Positions 51,491 through 64,000 of a stretch of 64,000 nucleotides of DNA are shown here, piece by piece (the first letter of the stretch is position 1; the number at the start of each line of letters is the position of its first letter). A model generated the notes under the pieces. The model had not been told where the DNA came from and searched no databases. It saw only the letters and a list, made by a program, of their open reading frames with translations. This stretch comes from Octopus bimaculoides (taxonomy: Eukaryota), in NCBI RefSeq assembly GCF_001194135.2, contig NC_068993.1, positions 3,221,428 to 3,285,427 on the forward strand, given 5' to 3'. Position numbers and translations under genes: made by a program.

Positions 51491-52123
51491 CGTACAACAC
51501 ACACACACACACACATGACAGCACATACATAAACACACACTAATACTTATAAAAACTGAGTAATTCGAAATGTCACCAACAGATTTAAATATTGCGATGA
51601 GGAAGTTTTGACATGAAAAGAAGCGAAACATTTGAACAATATTTCCTTGAGGAAGTAAGCAATCTCGAAAGAGAGTGGAAAAACTTGTGAACGAATACTG
51701 ATTATAAACAACAAAAATCAAAACCTTTGCAAGGGATATTGATGGAATGAAAATGGGTTTAAGTAGAACACAAATAAAAGTACAAGTGTATGGAGAGATG
51801 AGTACATCGTCGATTTAGAGGACTGTGCAGTTATTTAATCAAAACTGAATCTCTCTCTCTTATTTGCTATTTAATTTCCTAACTATCTATCTACAAAATT
51901 GTATGTCTGTACATCTATCTGCTGCTTGTCTGTCAGCTTCTATCTCAAGTACTTTTTCCATAGTGAGAAATGACGTTTAGTAGCAGCAGCACGTCTCATT
52001 AGAACATCTCGTTATAAGTTATGAGTATTCTTTTGTTTTTACTCGGTGTCCTCTCTAGTGCTGGTGCTGGCTGCTGACAAATTTTTCTGCTTTAAAAAAA
52101 AGAAGTAAAAAATGGATTTCATC

Positions 52124-52170
<47 letters not shown>

Positions 52171-52427
52171 CATACTGTTCAGTATCTATGCGTTGAATAA
52201 AATTTATCTTTCTACTTGTTTCTACCGTGAAATATAAAATAATTTTTTTCAGTTTATTGTTCTTTGATACAGGAAAAGTCCACAACCCTCCGCCACAATA
52301 AACTATTGTTCCTGAAAGTTTTTTTTTTTTTAATATTTGCTATGGATTGCTTGAAGCTCACTTTCTTCCTAACCTCGGTCCTTGGATCTTACATGTATAC
52401 ATATATGCATGTAAATTGATATAAAGA

Positions 52428-52462
<35 letters not shown>

Positions 52463-53276
52463 TGGAGATTGTATATAAGAATGATAGCCTGCGTATGTAA
52501 AATGTATTCTGAATTTTTCTTTTACATTATTTGCTAAACATTTTGCAGGCTTTAATTGCCAGCGCAAACACTCCAACAGAATTTATTGTTCTTATAAAAA
52601 TGCTGTACTTGTGACCATTGTTGTGCAACTTAGATTTTTTGGGGGGTGTCGCATAAAATAGCTTTCGAATTCGCAAATTAATGAATGTTCGTAGACACCT
52701 AGAAATAAAGATAGGTGTAGGTATGCAATTTCTTAGAATTTATAGGCACAGAGAAATAACTAGTTAATATGAGAGAAAAAGACATTTATTCAATAACCTG
52801 AGAAATAACATAATATCACTAACAACAAACAATAAATAGAATAATAAAAATAACAATAAATAGCATTAATAATAAAGAATTCTTTTATTATACTAATAAA
52901 ATAGGAGTGATGGATTTTCTTGCTGCTGTCCATGGATTAATTAATTATAATAATCACCATTGCGAATCAAGATGATATTGACCCATAAAGGTGCTCCGTT
53001 GAATAGTGTCTAGATTTGCAATCAATTATTCCTTAAATATTAAAAATAAATAAATCATGTTCGTCGTCTTGTTAGCAAAAGTTGGAAGCCAAAATATTCC
53101 TCATTTATATGAGAAATGTCATACTTCACTTGTCTCGAGTGTTTCGAATATTATCGCTTCAATCGAGTGAATTTATTGCTAAAAATTCCCTGACTAGATT
53201 TCTAGCCAAAAGACAGATTCTCTGCTTCAATTAATTTTCAATATAATCAGAAATTTCAGCGCTTTTAGTAATGCTA

Positions 53277-53410
53277 AATATTGGTTTCAAATTTTGGCCC
53301 AAGTCCAGCAATTTCGGGGCTAGGGCTAAAGTCGATTAAATTGACTCCAGTGCATAACTGGTACTTATTTCCCCAACCTTGAAAGGATGAAAGGCAAAGT
53401 AGACGCCAGC
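53277..53410 (-). mobile_element. SINE family C 3' half
   Basis: TTTCAAATTTTGGCCCAAGTCCAGCAATTTCGGGG...CTGGTACTTATT...AAAGGATGAAAGGCAAAG. Confidence 0.8.
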
Positions 53411-53906
53411 ATCAGTCTAATGTTAAATATTTGTGTCGTAGGTCTATTCTGGTACTGCTGAACAATTGGAATTTCATATCAATCTAGTTATAAAAATTAA
53501 ACGAGGTTTTGCTTCACATATAACTGAATACTGTGAGGGTTGTCTCATGCAGATTGGAATTTAAAAGATTGTATCAGCATGTCTTTAAGTATTTTAGATA
53601 TTGATGCATCGGCGTTTTTAGCTGGTGGATTCTTTGTGGTTTTTTTCGAAGCAGTCACGTAGCTTTCAGTTCAACAACACATTCTGATGAAACACTTCGT
53701 TAGAACAGAAAGCTTTTAACAATTTCAAGATTTTAGTAAATATAGATTTAAACACCAGGATGACAAATTTCAAAGCCATAAAATCCTCCATACCTTGCTA
53801 TTATTTTTCAGAACAGTTCAATCACCTACTGACATCTTTGGAATCAAATATACATGTGAGCGCAACAGAAACACAAACATGAGAAAACGCACACACAGAC
53901 CTGTGC

Positions 53907-53964
<58 letters not shown>

Positions 53965-55010
53965 TTACAAATATACTTCCACAAACACACGTACATACAA
54001 ACACGCATTCACAAGCTGATGCACATGTGCACACAGAAACTAAAGCTACATATAAATCCAGACACAACCAAACCAATACTTGCTGCCAAATAAGAGAGAG
54101 GGGGTTTGTCTTTAGTTTACAAATTGTAACCACAAGAGGAACCACGCGACAAGATCTGTTTAATATCATGAAGGAAACAAAGTGCGAAATGTGAAAAGCT
54201 AAATGTTCCTATCCATCAGTCATTCATCTAGAATTCTAAAACTTCGGGATTGTTCTTGTTTATTTTCTTTCTTTTCGGAATAATTTGTTGTTATTGTTTT
54301 TATGTAAATGTTTACTTTTTTCTTCTTTATATTAAAAAAAAAATTTTGTCTTAGTTTCTTTTATTTTTTTACAGTAAATCTCTCTTGCGAGAAAACCTTA
54401 ACACATATGCAACGGAATCAGTCTTAAAAGATATTGATATCAACATAGCGTTCCGTTTCCCTCACTTTCCATTAATTAATTTATTTATTTACTTATTTGT
54501 GCCCTGTTTTTATGTTTGGTTTTGTACTTTTGATTTTCTTGTATTTTCTGCTCAACCTAATAATCACCATCATCGCTATTATAATCATAATCATCATCAT
54601 TGTCACCATCTACATCATCATTGGTGTCATCATAATTGCTATCATAATCTTCCTTCTCCTCCTCATCATCATTGTTGTCATCATTTACATCATTATTATT
54701 GTTGTCGTCGTCGTTGATACCGATAGTACCACCCACACTGCCGTCGCTGCTGTTGCCGTGGCTACTACCACTGCTGCCTCTGTCGTCTTCATTGTACTCC
54801 TCATCATCTTTTCCTCCAGCCTGATTGATGGCGAGTCTGTTTTGGGAATTTCTTACGTTGCAAATTATATATATAAAAAAGAACAACAAGGACAAGAAAA
54901 ATCAAGTGTGTCAGTTTTCTGACAGATTTTTCACATCAAAGTTAGACACACGCATGATTCTCTCTCTTCTACTTATATGTGTGTGTGTAGTGTGTATGTG
55001 TGTATATATG

Positions 55011-55060
<50 letters not shown>

Positions 55061-55766
55061 GTATGAAGAGATGCATACATACATAGTCATAAAATAAACA
55101 CATTTTTGTCCCACACTCCTATTTTCAATCTTTTCCAATACATTTTCTCCTCTCACCATTACTCTCCTTTTAATCTAACTTCTTTCAGTCTCTACTTTCA
55201 TTTTCTATCTCAACCTGTTTTCTCTCTATATCTCTATCTTTTCTCACTTTTCTACATTCAGTAACTCTTTCCCTCTCATACACTTTTACTCTCTATCTCT
55301 GTCTGCCCGTCTCTCTCTATCTATCTACCTGCCTATCTGCATATCTATTTATTGACCTATCTATTTTACCTTGTTATAAGCCTATTTGATAGCTAGATAG
55401 AAAGACAGAAAAAACATAACCATTCCTCTAAATACTTTTGTCTTTTATTTTTACATCTTCTTTCCTACACTCTAATACAACCCATTGGTAACTCAACAAA
55501 GATTTATTTCTACCCTTGCCAAAAATAAATAAATAACAAAATATGAAAACTAAAACTGAAGCAAAAATAAATCACTTTATTATATTGATTTCGTTCCAGT
55601 TTATGATGGATGTTGTAAATCTCATAAATGACCACTTTGATTACATTAACTTTCACAGATGCCAATAGGTTTTGCTTCCATTCAACAAAATGGCCACCTG
55701 ATAGCCAACAAATCTGATGGGCATAACACTGCACATATCACGCGAAAGTAACATAGAGTAATGGGT

Positions 55767-55810
<44 letters not shown>

Positions 55811-56344
55811 AGATAGGATTATCTCTCTATCTAAAGTACATCGAAGTGCTCAGTTTATTTGAGCCATAGAAAAATAGTAGAAACAATGAAGGGAGACAAA
55901 GGGTAGGTTACCAAAATATATTCTTTTGTGAAATCATTATATGCACCAAATCATGTGTTAAAAATATATAGATATATAAATATATTAAAATACATTAAAA
56001 TATATAGATATAAATATATATAAATATGTTAAGAATATATTAAGTGTGTACAAAAATATTTAGTCCTACTTACTTCTTAAAAACTATATTAAAATATAAG
56101 AAATATTGTAATTCCATAAGATTTATTATTCACTCAATCACAAACTCCAAGGCAGATAGCTTAAACATGTGAATCAGGAGGTCGGTGGTGGCGCGGTTGC
56201 TAGCAGCTCTCCTATATTTGGTGATTCTGGAAGGAAGGCAGTATCTCAAAACCCAGGTCACCAGGTGGTGCATACTGGTTCCAGTAGAGCCATCGAGTTC
56301 GGTTGTGATGTGGGCTCCGAGTTGGACTTACCTCTGCTGATGAT

Positions 56345-56401
56345 TTGTCGACCTCACGGTTGTAAGATCGGTGCTCTAATCACTGAGCCATGCACCTTCA
56401 G
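56345..56401 (-). mobile_element. SINE family B tRNA-like head, truncated before the B-box
   Basis: Minus strand GAAGGTGCATGGCTCAGTGATTAGAGCACCGATCTTACAACCGTGAGGTCG; homologous to the head at 25440. Confidence 0.7.
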
Positions 56402-56418
56402 ATATACATCTATACATA

Positions 56419-56473
<55 letters not shown>

Positions 56474-56509
56474 GCACACATGTATGTATATGTATGTATA
56501 TATACACAC

Positions 56510-56655
56510 GGCGTTAGGAAGGGCATCCAACTGTAGAAACTCTGTCAAATCAAATTGGAGCCTGGTTTAGCCATCTGGTTTCACCAGTCCTCAGTCAAAT
56601 CGACCAACCCATGCTAGCATGGAAAGCGGACGTTAAACGATGATGATGATGATGA
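56510..56655 (+). mobile_element. RTE-type LINE 3' end with (GAT)n tail
   Basis: GGCGTTAGGAAGGGCATCCAACTGTAGAAACTCTG...CCCATGCTAGCATGGAAAGCGGACGTTAAACGATGATGATGATGATGAT. Confidence 0.8.
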
Positions 56656-57111
56656 TATATATATATACACACACACATACATACATGACTTGAATTATAA
56701 TTTAATGATGACATTTGAGTGAAATAGTATACTGAGTACGCTTCAAGCTATAAATGTTTTATTCATTCTTTTCATTGATGAATAACAAAAAATATTTTAA
56801 TTTAGCAATTTAACAAACTAACAATCGCCACAAGAAAGATTCCGAATAAATTCCAAATACAACTAATTTTATTGATATTTCTTTAAAATTATAGAAATTC
56901 TATGCGATTATCTCGCGGTATTATGATATTACTTTTTTTCTCCTTATATACTTTACTTATCTCACCTTATCTTTCATACTTTCTATGGTTCTTTCTCGTT
57001 TTCTTTCTTATCTTTCTGTATCTCTGCCTGACTACATACAATCATTGAGTTTCATCTTGAAACTTGTCTTGATATTCATCAGGTAAAGATTACGATATAT
57101 ATATATATAGC

Positions 57112-57275
57112 CCAGGAGTGGCTGTGTGGTAAGTAGCTTGCTTACCAACCACATGATTCCGAGTTCAGTCTCACTGCATGGCACCTTGGGCAAGTGTCTT
57201 CCACGAAAGCCTCGGGCCAACCAAAGCCTTGTGAGTGGATTTGGTAAACGGAAACTGAAAGAAGCCTGTTGCATA
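57112..57275 (+). mobile_element. SINE family A 5' half, well conserved
   Basis: CAGGAGTGGCTGTGTGGTAAGTAGC (A-box), GAGTTCAGTCTC (B-box), CACCTTGGGCAAGTGTCTT (CORE-like). Confidence 0.9.
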
Positions 57276-58829
57276 TGTGTATATGTTGTGGTAGCAGACC
57301 ATGAAACATGGTTGAAATTCCTCTACATATGTGTGAATGTATATCTATATCAGCTTTTATGCATACACGTACATACTCATATTTGGATGTATATTTGTTT
57401 CTACGTACATAGATATTTTTGCTGAACCTTTTTGGCCGAAATATGATAAAAATAAAACTCTGATAGAAATTTAGCAGCTCTCCAACTGTTCTGGTTATTC
57501 TTCTTGTTCCTCCTCTTATTTTATTTTATTTATTCATTTCTATTTTCCATTATCGTATCATAACCTAAGCCTATGCCAACTTTTTAAACCTTCCTCTGTA
57601 TAATCATTTTTAAAAAATTTTATAAATTTTCTTCATGTTATTTTTATTTATATTTCATTGTGGTCTGTCTGCACATACAGCCTGTGAATTACACTCACAA
57701 ACACACACATGCACACACACAATACACTAACATACACAAAAAATGCAATGCTTGCTTTATGATAGATGATTTATCAGCTCAAGACACCCATAGATGCATA
57801 ATGTGCTATCTCGTCTCATCTATCTTTACTTCTTTGTTCATATTAACTAAAGAAATCTTGAATGAAATTCAGAAATTTATTCCTAGGGGGTTTGCCTGGT
57901 AGAACTGTTGTGTGTAGAATAATAAAAAAAAAAGCAAAATAACAGACCATAAATAAACAAAATATAATTCTGTTGAATTCTTTCTCCTATCAATATCTCA
58001 TTGAATGATACAACAAATATGTATATGCATATGTATATATAAGATATATATATATGTGTGTAGGTAGGTATACACACACATATGTATGATATATATATAT
58101 GTATTCGTGTGCATGTTTTTTTCTAGATTTTTAATAGTTTTTATTTTGTTATCTCTTATAAAACTGTAATGATTCTTTTTCTTATTTTATTCGTCTGATA
58201 TGTTTTGCTGCATTGACAAAATTTAACATATGTCTCTAATATATTCACCAAGTAGGTGTCCTTATTTTCAACTGGAAAATCTTCTGACCCATGGTAAATA
58301 ATTCAACGCTGCTGTAATCATAAAAAAATATAATATTACAGACTACAACAATTATGAAATATTGAGCTCAACACATATACGCATACACATATATGCATAC
58401 ATACATCTCTTCGTCTCTCTATATATATGTGCGTGCGTGTGTGTGTGTATGTGTGCTCGTGTGATGAATTCACTATTTCATATAAAATAAGGAAATATCT
58501 GTATTGATGTTCAAATTTGAATTGTTGCACTGAATTTACAACTCTGGTATAAATATAAATATACAAATCTTTTGCTATATTCGTTATATGACTTCAACAT
58601 TTTCTTCTGTTTATTTCGGAATGTGAAGCTTAAAGTTTGATACAGTAAGAAAAGATTTACCATCTGTCGTGAGTGTGCAGTGATCCACCTGCACAACCTG
58701 GCCAAGAGTAATTTTTCTATGCCTTTCGCCAAAACCTTTAGGATGTATGTATGTGTCTTATACATAGGCAAACCACTGAACCATAAAACAGGAAAGAACA
58801 ACCATAGTCAATTATTCGTACATAGTCTA

Positions 58830-58950
58830 AAGTTTTACATGGAAAGATAAGAGTAGAAATGATGTTTCGAGCATGGCTCTTCATCAGATAGAGCAAAAGT
58901 ATAGAGGAGAGAAAATGGTGGAGGGAGAAGATCGTCCATAGAAAAGCATG
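58830..58950 (-). ncRNA. Minimal hammerhead ribozyme motif with intact catalytic core in a Penelope-pLTR-like fragment
   Basis: Minus strand 58887-58861: CTGATGA-A-GAGC-CAT-GCTC-GAAA-C-ATC. All core residues are present; stems I and III are weak. Confidence 0.7.
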
Positions 58951-58967
58951 CATCATACACACACACA

Positions 58968-59030
<63 letters not shown>

Positions 59031-59039
59031 GTATATGTT

Positions 59040-59238
59040 TGTGTCTGAGTTTGTCCCCCGACATTGCTTGACAACCAATGCTGGTGTTTCTACGTCTCTG
59101 TAACTTAGTGGTTCGGTAATGGGGGCCGATAGAATAAGTACTAGGCTTACAAAGAATAAGTCCTGGGGTCGATTTGTTCAACTAAAGGCGGTGCTCCAGC
59201 ATGGCCGCAGTCAAATGACTGAAACCATTGAAAAAGAG
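59040..59238 (+). mobile_element. SINE family A 3' half
   Basis: GATAGAATAAGTACTAGGCTTACAAAGAATAAGTCCTGGGGTCGATTTG...GCTCCAGCATGGCCGCAGTCAAATGACTGAAAC. Confidence 0.9.
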
Positions 59239-59654
59239 TAATATGGTATACAGTTTCTAATTATATTGAACTCAGTAAAAAGCAGTGATTTCGTTGCCAA
59301 TTTTTACGAAACTGAGTTACGTACAATTGATTCGCAGATCATCTACTTTATCACTCATCACTAAGCTTACACTTCATTGTAAAGTACATCCACCTCTACT
59401 CATCTCAAAACGATCATGTATAACATCCATTCAAATTTACACCATACTGTAATTGTGTTTGCTCACAGGTCAGTTTGGTCATGGTGAATGGTAATTTGTC
59501 ACAGGATGGTTCTAGGTTTCAAGCAGCACCAATCGAATAACTAGTCATTCGTACATCATCATATTTTGGAAATGACATATCTTAATAATTAAATTCAAAT
59601 TGTTCACTGCATTCACAGGTTTTAGATAACTTGCTTCATAATCTCAACAATAAC

Positions 59655-59695
<41 letters not shown>

Positions 59696-60055
59696 GCGCT
59701 GGTAGTTGCTGGCATTTATAGAGAACTTATAAATGACTTTTAGCTGGCAGCTAGTGGCTTATTCAGATAAATTTATCAATCTTTTGCTCTTTCAACTCCA
59801 AGCCAACACTCCATGTTGTTTATCGCTGCTAGCTTGCTGTTCTGATGACAAGTAAATGGTGTGTTATGGCAGGAGTTGTTTTGAAGACGATTTCAAAATA
59901 TACACAAGTTTAATCACATTGAATGTGTAGTTACATGATATATGAGGCTGTAAAATGTGAGATAACTTTAATTTTTATGCCTGGATGTTACCATTCATGA
60001 AGCAAAGCTTTAGAGCAGCAATATTTGCCATGTGATATCAGTATCATAATAATTT

Positions 60056-60193
60056 TATGATGATGATGATGATGATGATAGCATCAACAGCAACAGTAAA
60101 AATGATTAGTATTATTATTGCTTTTGTCGTCGGCGTTGTTTTCTTCTTCTTCTTTTTCTTCTTCTTCTTCTTTTTCTTTTTCTTTTGCTTCTT

Positions 60194-60224
<31 letters not shown>

Positions 60225-60592
60225 GTAGTAGTAGTAGTAATTGTAGTAGTAGTAGTAGTATTGCTACTTATGTTATTGTTATAAGCATCTCAGCAACCAT
60301 CTCCAGCACTGAAACAGCGAAATGTCTTTATAATCATCATTTGTTGTCGTCATCATCTTCGTCATCATTATCATCATCAACTTTTCCTCCTCCTCCTCCA
60401 CCACTATGTCATCACCATCGTCATCATCATCATCGTCATCTCATTGATTTAGTTTTAGTTATCGTCACTACTGCCACGTGAATCAATAACAAAATCATCA
60501 ATATTGATTTTGAATTAAAAAAATAAACATTATCATCATCCTTTCATCCTCGCTATTACTATTATCATTAATATTATTATCATTATCATTAA

Positions 60593-60623
<31 letters not shown>

Positions 60624-60660
60624 ATATCATCATCATCGTTGTTGTTAGTAGTAGTAGCAG
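60056..60660. repeat. Compound trinucleotide microsatellites (GAT, TTC, GTA, CAT, TTA)
   Basis: Directly visible; source of the poly-M/F/V/L/S ORFs. Confidence 0.95.
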
Positions 60661-60939
60661 TGTTATTATTTAATTATTATTACTATCATTAATGGGAGGG
60701 AATTGGGAACTATTTGAGCAGAAGCTGTAGAGTGGGGAATGAATTGGCAAGCACTATATGCCCTCACTTCTCATTAGGTTGTGTGTTCAAATCCTGCGGG
60801 GGATACCTAATGCCTTTCATCGTTACGAGGTCACCGATTTCAAATACGAGTCAAGTAATGTGTCTGTGTAATTGTCTAAAACGCTCTGCTTCCAATTAAT
60901 GGCAGTGTTCAATAATAATAATGATAACAAAAGCGGTCT

Positions 60940-61125
60940 TTTATCTTTCTAGTTGTTTCAGTCATTAGACTGCGGCCATGCTGGTGTACCACCTCGAAGA
61001 GTTTTTAGTTCAATGAATCGACCCCCACTACTTGTTTCAATTTTTGTACCTGGTATTTATCCTATGAAACTGATAAGTTACAGGAACGTAAACACACAGA
61101 CACCGGTTGTCAAGTGGTGGTGGAC
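60940..61125 (-). mobile_element. SINE family A 3' half
   Basis: GTTTCAGTCATTAGACTGCGGCCATGCTGG...GACACCGGTTGTCAAGTGG. Confidence 0.8.
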
Positions 61126-61753
61126 ATACACATGTGTATATATATACATATACACATGGGTATATATATAGGCAGATAGTTGTTTTCAATGGAGATGATT
61201 TTTTCATGCCCAACTGATACTTTCTCCACTAGCTGCGATCTTTCTGGGTATTTGAAAGTCACCGTCAGTTCTTTTCTTTTTTTGTGATGTAGACGTTATT
61301 TTCGGCAAATTTAGTCTGTCTCTCATGTAGCCTATTGCGGGATTTGCTGTCAAAATGCAAGAACTAGAACTTGTATCACAAGGCTTCCAGTCCGACCGAC
61401 TTACAGTTCCTTGAATCCAGCACTTTGGATTAATAATAAATTTTATCAACATTAAATGGTACTCCGCAGAATTTGAACTCAGGACATAGAGAGTCAGATC
61501 AAATACGAGGAGACATTGCTGAAACGAAACTAATGAATGATTGTATACATACATACATACATACATGCATTCATGCATGCATGCATACATACATACACGT
61601 ATACATAAATACATCCAGGCATACACACATAAACACATGTGAATAAACACATGCAAACATATATACATACACACACATATACTCATACATATACATGCAG
61701 ATATATCCTAATATATGCATATAATAAAAAAACAGTAGTGAGATGTATGTGTG

Positions 61754-61791
<38 letters not shown>

Positions 61792-62149
61792 TGAATATCC
61801 TTTCATACATTCATATATTTTTAACGTGTGTATATGTGCACAAATATAAGTTAGTCATGTAATGTGTTCACATACGCTTTATGATATGGAGTTTATACCA
61901 GAACATTACTGAAGATAAAATGACAGAATTATTACAAAAGTAGACGTTTAGCTTCACGCGCCCTACTCACTGTGCTGCCATCATTAGGTTCCCAACCCCT
62001 GTTGTGACTATTGCAATTAATTGAGTTGGTGCCATTAAAAGTATAGGGATCATGGGCAGGGAAGTAGTGCATAGCTAAGTGGCAAAACAGAATTGCATAC
62101 TCCTTAAGGTTTCTGCACATCATACCAATACAATATAGCGCATGCAATC

Positions 62150-62660
62150 TCTGATAGATAGTCAGCTTATTGATTTTGGTCAATGATCCGACAGACTTTC
62201 AGTGCTGAATTGAAATCATGTAAATGAGACGACTGGAAGAATAAAATAATAGGCAGAAAATAAAATTAAATGAAGCCAAAAAGAAATACTGACGTATGAT
62301 CAGAATGACTGAAAAAAAAAATAATAATGAAACAGAGGAGGTTGGAGTAGAAAACGATAATCAGGGGTTTTATGTAGGAAATAATTTAAAGAAAAAAATG
62401 GCAAATTTTGGGTTAAATGAAAAACTGCAATGTCGGAATAATTCCAGACACCACTTGGAGACAGGCTCAAAGAATTAAGCTAATGCAAAAGACAAGCATG
62501 GAAAGAATGGTTGTAGGTGTGAGGGGGAGTTAGTTGAGAGGTCAATGGGATGTGTTGGGTATACAGGGCAATAATGAGTGTATTAATTGGCTAGCATACT
62601 CTGATAATGTCAAAAAGTGTTAAGACGGACAGATAATGGAGCACCAGTCCATTTACCCAC
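62150..62660 (+). mobile_element. Old, decayed RTE ORF2 (RT C-terminal half) remnant
   Basis: TTWRQAQRIKLMQKTSMERMVVGV and RRTDN recall RTE ETW...KL...QR.MER.MLGV...RR.DNRW. The upstream piece EEVGVENDNQGFYVG weakly recalls the E.V..Y.YLG motif. Confidence 0.5.
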
Positions 62661-62811
62661 CCTCAACTCCTCAATTACTCATTTGTGGACAGTAATTCTT
62701 GTCAGGAGAGAAAGAACTTACTAATCAAAAGGTTGATGTCAGGCATTTTTCTCATTTTTGTTGAAATGATTCTTACACACTGTTACATTTTGTACTTAAA
62801 CCCACACACAT

Positions 62812-62845
<34 letters not shown>

Positions 62846-63639
62846 TTATATATTTATATATGTATTTAGATGCATATGCGTGTGTATGTATATATGAATG
62901 CAGACATGGATCTATCTATGGCTACGTCAGTCTCTCTCCAAATATATATGTGTATGTGTGCGCGCACGTGCATGTGTGTATACAGATACATACACACACA
63001 CACACACACTCACATATAGCAATTTGATTGCCTTTCTCTTGTATTACTTTGCAGATCTTTTGATTATACATATATATGAATATGCGTGTGTGTATTTGTA
63101 TGTGTGTATGATAGATTGATAGATATATATATAGACAGATAGATATATAGACAGATAGATAGATAGATACATACATACGTACATCATACATACATACATA
63201 CGTACATATATACATACATATCGGAATTACTCCTTAATTATCTGCAACATATTTTCATCTTATTGGCACAAAACTTATTTAGATGCACATCACTAGGCAC
63301 TACTACCCTCCAATCGCTATTGTTTTACAGAAGGCATAGTCTCTGCTTTGTCACGTATCATTAGACATGGCCTCCGTATAGTCAGTCAGAAGAGACATAA
63401 TCTCTCTTTCTTCATCTCTCTCTCTCTCTCTCTATTTCGCTCTCTTTCCCTCCCCCCTCTAGCCACACCTTGCTACACATGTTTTTTTTTCTCTTCTCAC
63501 TGCAACTTCGAATTCGCAGCATCAATTATAATGTTGCTGTTAGACATCTATAGCCAATGCCCCTCTGATTTGAGTCTAGTCTATAGAATAGCAGCGTTTA
63601 TCGACCATATTCAGTGCCATGGACGATATCCAGCAAGGC

Positions 63640-64000
63640 ACACAGTATAATAACACAGTTTTACAGATAAATACTGTCTTAGAAAAAAAACAAACAAAAA
63701 ACCCTGAAATAACGAGAGTTGTTCAAACAAGTGTCCCGTTTGAAGAACGACCGAAACTTCCACCACCATCTGTACTGGTGACCAACATTGAACGAATTCA
63801 TGAAATGGCAAATATTATACAAAATAGTCGTGGTTCTGTATTCGAAATAATCCACAACACCCTTGAGTTTAGTAAGTTCTGTGCAAAGGAGAACACGTAA
63901 TAACTTAGAGTATTGCATAAAAAATTCAAATTGCACGCGGCCAATGATTTCGTTGTTATTATGCAAAAGTGTTGTAAATCCAGAATGTTTTTTCAGAAAA
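63640..64000 (+). pseudogene. Mariner transposase N-terminal (HTH) remnant running off the window
   Basis: QTSVPFEERPKLPPPSVLVTNIERIHEM/ANIIQNSRGSVFEIIHNTLEFSKFCAK aligns to mariner RTSVEDE.RSGRP.T....NIE.V.EM...GSV..I.H..L...K.CA with an ~11-aa deletion; stop at 63898-63900. Confidence 0.75.

Noticed and set aside
53684-53710. CTGATGAAACACTTCGTTAGAAC as a hammerhead
   Set aside because: AGAAC rather than GAAAC, and no stem I.
54385-54922. Hydrophobic 141-aa ORF and overlapping His-rich/Asp-rich ORFs
   Set aside because: All three frames arise from a degenerate (CAT/TAT) repeat; the apparent transmembrane character is an artefact.
57045-57085. Minus-strand CTGATGA...GATGAAAC as a hammerhead
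   Set aside because: Stem II pairing is poor and there is no room for stem III and NUH; cannot be supported without a family consensus.
61150-61420. Minus-strand open frame (YMRDRLNLPKITSTSQKKKRTDGDFQIPRK)
   Set aside because: No recognisable motif or consistent splice signals; the ORF start lies in a microsatellite and a SINE remnant.

Overview
AT-rich metazoan genomic DNA, almost entirely non-coding. It is dense in microsatellites ((TA)n, (CA)n, (GATA)n, (CAT)n, (AAT)n) and decayed transposons, with eight N gaps (424-680, 1942-2041, 9577-9990, 21820-22582, 28934-29009, 30468-30567, 41787-41973, 43228-43333). The repeat landscape looks like an octopus/coleoid cephalopod draft assembly; this is inference, not verified. 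No intact host gene can be supported, and nearly all listed ORFs are microsatellite or N-run artefacts. Recognisable remnants: two hAT transposase fragments, a mariner fragment, several RTE LINE 3' ends, RLE-type (R4/Dong-like) non-LTR 3' fragments tied to (TAA)n, three recurrent tRNA-derived SINE families (working labels A, B, C), and a 5' U2 snRNA pseudogene fragment. The most interesting signal is a ~270 bp element, present in three copies, that joins a tRNA-like Pol III head, an internal (AAT)n tract and a minimal type I hammerhead ribozyme. A second Penelope-type hammerhead family is also present (15580 + and 58861 -). Tail-to-tail inverted SINE pairs and two fold-back palindromes could form long dsRNA. 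SINE/LINE boundaries were set by eye and are approximate.
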